Below the pieces are notes generated by a model, which worked only from the letters and a program-made list of their open reading frames with translations, had not been told where the DNA came from and made no database searches. The position numbers were made by a program, and so were the translations under genes. From sequence record MT995927.1: a DNA stretch of 64,000 nt, one strand, 5' to 3'. This document shows positions 58,914 to 64,000 of the stretch, one piece after another. How positions within the stretch are numbered: position 1 is the first letter of the stretch; every line of letters starts with the position of its first letter.

Positions 58914-59336
58914 ATGGAACAACTATTTATACGAGTTGATGTGAGGTGGTCACAACAATTCTTTTCTGAATTAAAACAATACTTTAATTATACCGCAAAA
59001 GATGAAGATGATCTTAACTACCTGATTATTCTTTACATTAAAGAACGACATAATTTCTTTTGGACATGCGTTCCAGATAGATACAATGATGTAATGTGTA
59101 GTTTCTATAAATCAATTTGTGGTTACCCAATAAATCCTAATATCATTGCAAATAGATTTGATCAACTCTATCGTGAGATTATGAATAGCTTATTACAAAT
59201 AAAAGGTATTATCAAAGATATAGTTGCTGTTAAAACAAAAGAAGGGGATATCGAGGGATTCATTATACATTCTGAATCACTACCTAGGTCCTACCCAAGA
59301 CCTACTAATTGGAAAGGTGTATTTGAAAGATCTTAA
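58914..59336 (+). CDS. Hypothetical protein, ~140 aa
   Basis: ATG 58914 has SD AGGTG; the track GTG start lies inside the hairpin. Confidence 0.7.
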   Translation: MEQLFIRVDVRWSQQFFSELKQYFNYTAKDEDDLNYLIILYIKERHNFFWTCVPDRYNDVMCSFYKSICGYPINPNIIANRFDQLYREIMNSLLQIKGIIKDIVAVKTKEGDIEGFIIHSESLPRSYPRPTNWKGVFERS

Positions 59337-59348
59337 ACAGTATATTAC
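59332..59348 (+). promoter_or_regulatory. Early promoter
   Basis: CTTAAACAGTATATTAC. Confidence 0.8.
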
Positions 59349-59375
59349 ACATATGAACTAATGTGGAGTATATAC

Positions 59376-59501
59376 ATGAAAAACATCCCTCTAAATAAAC
59401 CTAAACAACCGGTAGTACCTGAAACATGGATAAAACTTCATCATGTAGTCGTATTATTCATTCTCTCACTAATAGGAACTTTAATCTTCAATGGTATTTA
59501 G
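59376..59501 (+). CDS. 41-aa single-TM microprotein MKNIPLNKPKQPVVPETWIKLHHVVVLFILSLIGTLIFNGI
   Basis: SD GGAG; first ORF after the early promoter; not in the track. Confidence 0.6.
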   Translation: MKNIPLNKPKQPVVPETWIKLHHVVVLFILSLIGTLIFNGI

Positions 59502-59509
59502 GAGGACAT

Positions 59510-59902
59510 ATGTCATTTATAATTGCTATATGTCTAGCAGTAATGGTAATAGGTATTTTTACTATTGGATCTAAAGTTAAAGCTTTATGGAATCTTATAA
59601 ATGGTAAAACTTTAAATGAGCATAGGAAATGGCGCGCAGACTTTAATGAAGTAATTCAATGGCTTCATGAAGGTGCCTTCTTTACTAAATCAGGTTTATT
59701 TAAAGATCAAGCTATCTCGATTAGATTGTGTGAGCTATCGCGCAGTAAGAAATTATTCCCAATGCTAAGGCGTTCTAAGTTCGAAGTTATAACTGCTAAG
59801 GTATTTAGGGAAATAACTGGTGAGCCTTCAGAGTATAATTATTACTTGAAATTTAATAAGGCTTATATTGGCTTCTACAATGCTAATCCAGAAATCCAAT
59901 AA
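59510..59902 (+). CDS. N-terminally membrane-anchored protein, 130 aa
   Basis: SD AGGAGG; MSFIIAICLAVMVIGIFTIG. Confidence 0.75.
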   Translation: MSFIIAICLAVMVIGIFTIGSKVKALWNLINGKTLNEHRKWRADFNEVIQWLHEGAFFTKSGLFKDQAISIRLCELSRSKKLFPMLRRSKFEVITAKVFREITGEPSEYNYYLKFNKAYIGFYNANPEIQ

Positions 59903-59982
59903 GCCTGGAAATGCACCCAATCTAATGAGAAGGTCTATATTCTGATCTTCTCATTAGTACTCTTGTAGAAGGAGCCATTATC

Positions 59983-60471
59983 ATGGCTGAATTTATTATA
60001 GGTAAAGATATATTCAATGTACCTGGTGATCTTTATCTAATCACTGTTAATGTCGTTGGCGTCATGGGCGCTGGTTTAGCTAAATCGTTTAAAGAAAAGT
60101 ATCCTGAACTTTTTGAAAGATACAAACACGATTGCAAAAAGAGAATTATTACTATTGGTAATCCGGTTATTTACAAAGCATCCGATGGCAAACGTTTTAT
60201 GATGTTTCCCACTAAGGATAATTGGCGGAACCCATCTCAAATTAGTTTCATTGAACGTGGACTAGAGTGGATGATGGAGAACGTATCGGATTCTGCGGAA
60301 AATGAAGAAGACTGTATTCATCCAGATTGGAAAATTATCATACCACCATTAGGGTGTGCTAATGGTGGATTAGATTTCTCTGATGTTAGAAGCATCGTTG
60401 AAGACTGGTCTAATCACATGCCTAACCAGATTGTGGTTGTTTATCCACCTTGGATGGATTCATCGGTTTAA
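59983..60471 (+). CDS. Macrodomain ADP-ribosylhydrolase, DarG/TARG1-like (gp104-like)
   Basis: GKDIF, VNVVGVMGAGLA, MFPTKDNW, PPLGCANGGL. Confidence 0.85.
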   Translation: MAEFIIGKDIFNVPGDLYLITVNVVGVMGAGLAKSFKEKYPELFERYKHDCKKRIITIGNPVIYKASDGKRFMMFPTKDNWRNPSQISFIERGLEWMMENVSDSAENEEDCIHPDWKIIIPPLGCANGGLDFSDVRSIVEDWSNHMPNQIVVVYPPWMDSSV

Positions 60472-60503
60472 CATTAGCCTTCCCTAATGGGAAGGCTTTA
60501 TGC
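60472..60503 (+). terminator. Hairpin-TTTATG element
   Basis: AGCCTTCCC-TAAT-GGGAAGGCT followed by TTATG. Confidence 0.8.
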
Positions 60504-60519
60504 CATGTATTCAAACATA

Positions 60520-60536
60520 TTTAAACAGTATATTAC
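60520..60536 (+). promoter_or_regulatory. Early promoter
   Basis: TTTAAACAGTATATTAC. Confidence 0.82.
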
Positions 60537-60594
60537 ATTTGTGATAATACTGTAAACCGTATCATACAACTTAATGTAAATAGGGGCTTTTATT

Positions 60595-60933
60595 ATGAAA
60601 TTCAATACGATTGCAAAAGGTGTATCTTTTCTTCTTGCCACTGCATCACTGGCTGGAACTGGGTATGTTATCTACAAGAAGGCTAAGGAAACTAAAGCCA
60701 ACTTTGACAAACTCATGGGTTTCAGGGATCAGTTTAAAAGTATTTCAAAAGAGTATGGCGAATCAGATGAGTTCATGATGTTCGTCAATACTGCAATGAC
60801 TGAGACAACGGACAGTGCTGTTGCTGAGAGCAATATTGAAAAACATCGACTGGATGTAATTCGTAATAAGCTGTCGATCATTTATGGTGACGACTATACG
60901 AATCAAGTATTCGATACAGTTCGTAAGATGTAA
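60595..60933 (+). CDS. Early protein with an N-terminal membrane anchor, 112 aa
   Basis: VSFLLATASLAGTGYVIY followed by KK. Confidence 0.8.
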   Translation: MKFNTIAKGVSFLLATASLAGTGYVIYKKAKETKANFDKLMGFRDQFKSISKEYGESDEFMMFVNTAMTETTDSAVAESNIEKHRLDVIRNKLSIIYGDDYTNQVFDTVRKM

Positions 60934-60942
60934 AAATGGATA

Positions 60943-60960
60943 GGGCCTCAGTGAGGCCCC
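60943..60960. terminator. Short GC hairpin
   Basis: GGGCCTCA-G-TGAGGCCC. Confidence 0.5.
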
Positions 60961-61040
60961 ATTCAAATATAATTACGATAATAAAATTATATTTGAATGA
61001 GTTTGTTAAACCTTCAATTAATGTAAAAAGGAAAATACAA

Positions 61041-61202
61041 ATGAATATTGATAAAGTTAAACTTCAAAAACTTATCGCGGATGTACCTGAGGCACCTAAA
61101 CATAAGAAGATCGGAAATGTCATCACCAAATATGCGGAGATAGCGTTAGGAGTATATGTTGGTATTGTAATAGCTAAACGTGTTCTAAATATCAAGTTTT
61201 AA
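61041..61202 (+). CDS. 53-aa protein with a C-terminal TM helix
   Basis: SD AAGGA before ATG 61041. Confidence 0.7.
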   Translation: MNIDKVKLQKLIADVPEAPKHKKIGNVITKYAEIALGVYVGIVIAKRVLNIKF

Positions 61203-61247
61203 CATAATCAAAATAAATCTACATTCATTAACTAATAGGATATTATC

Positions 61248-61565
61248 ATGCTTTCCATTATCGGTAATGTTGTAAAAACTGGTCTCATGCTGGCTGGTAC
61301 CATCTATGTGTTCGAAGTCGGTGTGACTGTTTATAATGAGATTAAATTAGAAAAGAATATCCGTGAAAAAGTAAAGGGCTATTCTGATCATATCAAAACT
61401 AATTCAGATAATTGCACCGTGGAAGTAATGACGGACTTTATTGAAGCAGAGCTTATGGATGTCATTAATGATGGATTGGATATGTTTAATACCATCAGTG
61501 ATAAACATCGAATTAAATCAAAAATCCGTAACTGGATTAAGGATGCAATTAACAATGAACTCTAA
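61248..61565 (+). CDS. Early protein with an N-terminal hydrophobic helix, 105 aa
   Basis: SD AGGA. Confidence 0.75.
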   Translation: MLSIIGNVVKTGLMLAGTIYVFEVGVTVYNEIKLEKNIREKVKGYSDHIKTNSDNCTVEVMTDFIEAELMDVINDGLDMFNTISDKHRIKSKIRNWIKDAINNEL

Positions 61566-61995
61566 GCTATCTCTTACATTAGGGATGGTAAGTGGAGCCG
61601 TACTCGGTAAGCTTGCTTGGGATTCTAGAGAAAAACTTTATGAATTCTATTATGGACGAATTATTATACATAGATTGAAAGCCTATCAGAAAACGATCGA
61701 TGTAGATAAACTGCCTTTTCACCCTGCAACTGCAATGATTCATTATCTTAAAGCTAGTATTAATGCTTCCAAGGAGACACTTGTGTCACTGGATCTTCTT
61801 GAGAGCATTAATGAAGTCGGGCTTAAATATATTGAGTCAGTGCGATGCCGTTATGATACTGCATGGCAAATGAGTCTGCATAGGCGGCTTGTCAAACGGC
61901 AGAAAGAGATTGAAGAAGAGAATCGTCGTATCGAAGAAGAAGAACGACGTAATCGGAAACAACTTGATCTGTTCGATGATGTGTCAGATGTGTAA
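61555..61995 (+). CDS. Early protein with an N-terminal hydrophobic helix and C-terminal coiled coil, 146 aa
   Basis: ATG 61555 overlaps the upstream stop; tail RQKEIEEENRRIEEEERR. Confidence 0.75.
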   Translation: MNSKLSLTLGMVSGAVLGKLAWDSREKLYEFYYGRIIIHRLKAYQKTIDVDKLPFHPATAMIHYLKASINASKETLVSLDLLESINEVGLKYIESVRCRYDTAWQMSLHRRLVKRQKEIEEENRRIEEEERRNRKQLDLFDDVSDV

Positions 61996-62003
61996 CTGAT
62001 AAT

Positions 62004-62030
62004 GGGAGTCTTCGGACTCCCTTTTATTTT
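62004..62030 (+). terminator. Intrinsic terminator
   Basis: GGGAGTC-TTCG-GACTCCC-TTTTATTTT. Confidence 0.88.
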
Positions 62031-62083
62031 CTGCATCGTAATATTTTTTTAATCACTTCAATAAACGTAAATAGGTATACAAA

Positions 62084-62440
62084 ATGAATATTGATAAAGT
62101 ATCACTCTGTCTTGGTATTTTTGTTGGTTCAGTTACCATGTATGCAGTTGGTAAAATCTATCACAAAACTGTTATTGATGTGAAAATCAATAAGTTGCGT
62201 AATGCTGCTTCAGTGTCTAATGAAATTCTTACAATGCTTTCTAAGCGTGCCTCAGTCATTCGTGCTGAGGTTATGCCGGCCGCAGAAGACTTTATCGATT
62301 GTGAAGGTAAAGTACACAACAAACTCACTGAAGAGTTACAGGACATCGTTGCTGGTTTTAAAGTAGCACCTGAACATGGAGCTAGTGTTAATACACGTAT
62401 TAATGATTGGTTCCTACAAACGTTCCCAACTGTTTACTAA
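62084..62440 (+). CDS. Early protein with an N-terminal TM helix, 118 aa
   Basis: SD AGGT; LCLGIFVGSVTMYAVG. Confidence 0.8.
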   Translation: MNIDKVSLCLGIFVGSVTMYAVGKIYHKTVIDVKINKLRNAASVSNEILTMLSKRASVIRAEVMPAAEDFIDCEGKVHNKLTEELQDIVAGFKVAPEHGASVNTRINDWFLQTFPTVY

Positions 62441-62450
62441 TAGGTGACAT

Positions 62451-62873
62451 ATGTCAAAAGTAGTATTTCCTAATGGTCTACTAATAGCACTCATGCAAAA
62501 CTTCGATCATACTCTCGAATGTTTTGATCATGATGTTAGTGTTTTTAAAAAGGCACTGAGTGACCTAGATAATAAAATTAAAGGTGGTATTAAGTCACTT
62601 GATAATGATTACCCTAATGCTAAAATTGCATTAGAACGCATTCTTGAAGAACTTTTTAAAAGAGGATTACATATCCCTGGGCCTTCTGGAAAAGCATTTG
62701 TCATTGAAAAAGTTCACATTGTAGATAGCACAGGTGTGGCTAAGGCATACCGTGTCAGTTACAATGATGAAAAAGCTATGCCTGAATATGTATCAGCCGA
62801 TAATGTATGGGGTGCACTAATTTCATATCAAAAACGTAGTCGTAGTGCAAATCCATTCAAACCAACTGCGTGA
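62451..62873 (+). CDS. Hypothetical protein, 140 aa
   Basis: SD AGGTGA. Confidence 0.8.
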   Translation: MSKVVFPNGLLIALMQNFDHTLECFDHDVSVFKKALSDLDNKIKGGIKSLDNDYPNAKIALERILEELFKRGLHIPGPSGKAFVIEKVHIVDSTGVAKAYRVSYNDEKAMPEYVSADNVWGALISYQKRSRSANPFKPTA

Positions 62874-62944
62874 AAAGGATCTGATGGTTAAAGTCATAAT
62901 CCATTATCGTATTACATAATACCTGCAAAAGAAGGAATAAGTCA

Positions 62945-63196
62945 ATGAGCGAATCTAAAGAAGTTATCAACATGGTGGAATGTTTTATCAGTGAATCTTA
63001 CATGGAGCCAGGTGTTGACCACAATCGTCGGATTTTGATGCGTGAATACGGGATCAACCCTAACAGCGGTATACCACTTCGGGGGAACTGGGTTCTGCGT
63101 AACATGCTCACTGGGGAATTTATCGACAATGATAAATACCTCAACGATATTGTTGAACGTAATTCCATCCAATTCGAACGCAATACCTTCATCTAG
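62945..63196 (+). CDS. Hypothetical protein, 83 aa
   Basis: SD AAGGA. Confidence 0.7.
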   Translation: MSESKEVINMVECFISESYMEPGVDHNRRILMREYGINPNSGIPLRGNWVLRNMLTGEFIDNDKYLNDIVERNSIQFERNTFI

Positions 63197-63231
63197 CTAT
63201 AATTAATCCAAATCTGAAAATAGGTCAAACC

Positions 63232-63615
63232 ATGAACGAACACATTCAAAAGAAAATCAACCAGGGTACTGGCAGACTGGCTATGTGCAACTTCGACAAA
63301 ATGAACTATGTTCAGGGTCGTGAGTACTATGCCATCTCAGATAGTGGTTTACTTGAACAAATCGTTGCTCTATGCGCAGTTCAGTGGCCTCAGGAAATGG
63401 CCAACTACCTGCATGATGAAAGCGCTCTGTTCTGGGCTCTTTTCGACCGTGGTATCGTAACTGATGGTAAACCTCGCGCCGACCGTAAAGACTTCATCTA
63501 CGAACGCCTTGGTTTCATCCACAAGAAGAAGTTCAAAAAATACGGCTTGTCTATTCTACAGCGTGCGCGCACCCGCTCGATGGCTAGTTTTGAGAAAGCT
63601 CAAGAGACTTGCTGA
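63232..63615 (+). CDS. Hypothetical protein, 127 aa
   Basis: SD AGGT. Confidence 0.8.
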   Translation: MNEHIQKKINQGTGRLAMCNFDKMNYVQGREYYAISDSGLLEQIVALCAVQWPQEMANYLHDESALFWALFDRGIVTDGKPRADRKDFIYERLGFIHKKKFKKYGLSILQRARTRSMASFEKAQETC

Positions 63616-63650
63616 GCTATGCTGCAACACCAATACGAGGATCGTTAATT

Positions 63651-64000
63651 ATGAACCGCATGATTCCTGCAAATGAGCGTGACAGTGAACTCAGTCTCTA
63701 TGGCTATTTGACCTCTGTTGTAACTGGTGGGGTTGCTTGGGATTATAACCCTATCGTTCTGCTGGAGAAGATGTGTAATCGTGATGATGAGGCCATCTGC
63801 ATGGGTGAACCCAATTACGATCAATTACGTTTGATCGGTGCAAGGGGTATGTTCGAACAGATCTCTGAAAACATCCTGTCTCGCAATGAACAAATCATGG
63901 ATGGTGTTCGTGATTTCTTCAAAGATGGTCTCCAGTTGAAAACCAATGTAGATGACATGTTGGTGAGACTGAATTATCAAACTGTGCATAACGGGACTGA
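63651..64000 (+). CDS. Hypothetical protein, runs off the window (MNRMIPANERDSELSLYG...)
   Basis: SD GAGG; frame open to the window end. Confidence 0.7.
   Translation, partial: MNRMIPANERDSELSLYGYLTSVVTGGVAWDYNPIVLLEKMCNRDDEAICMGEPNYDQLRLIGARGMFEQISENILSRNEQIMDGVRDFFKDGLQLKTNVDDMLVRLNYQTVHNGT

Noticed and set aside
60936-61040. N-terminal extension of the 88-aa ORF
   Set aside because: It spans an intergenic hairpin; the SD supports the ATG at 61041.
63464-63676. 70-aa overlapping ORF
   Set aside because: It is an alternate frame overlapping two better-supported genes and has no SD.

Overview
AT-rich segment of a nucleus-forming jumbo myophage very close to Pseudomonas phage phiKZ (Phikzvirus, Chimalliviridae). 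Identification and gp numbers come from my recall of phiKZ proteins plus synteny counting (about gp54 to gp110+), not from a database search. Left part: chimallin (chmA), non-virion RNA polymerase (nvRNAP) subunits, chmC, picA, an SbcD-like nuclease and an SF2 helicase. Two nvRNAP genes are each split at a catalytic motif by an endonuclease-free group I intron. Middle: a virion RNAP subunit, a split family-B DNA polymerase piece, baseplate genes and the inner-body/internal head protein paralogs. Right: tail/neck genes, a macrodomain gene and early accessory genes. The most notable signals that the ORF track misses are: (1) a likely programmed -1 frameshift fusing a T4 gp26-like gene to a start-less gp51-like frame; (2) a ~325-nt GC-rich structured RNA with a loop-loop pseudoknot directly behind chmA; (3) a hidden 122-codon NADAR-like gene with no canonical start codon; (4) SD-led mini-ORFs that read through the internal guide sequence of both introns; (5) a recurring CATAA-hairpin-TTATG intergenic element. 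I found no tRNA, rRNA or CRISPR array.
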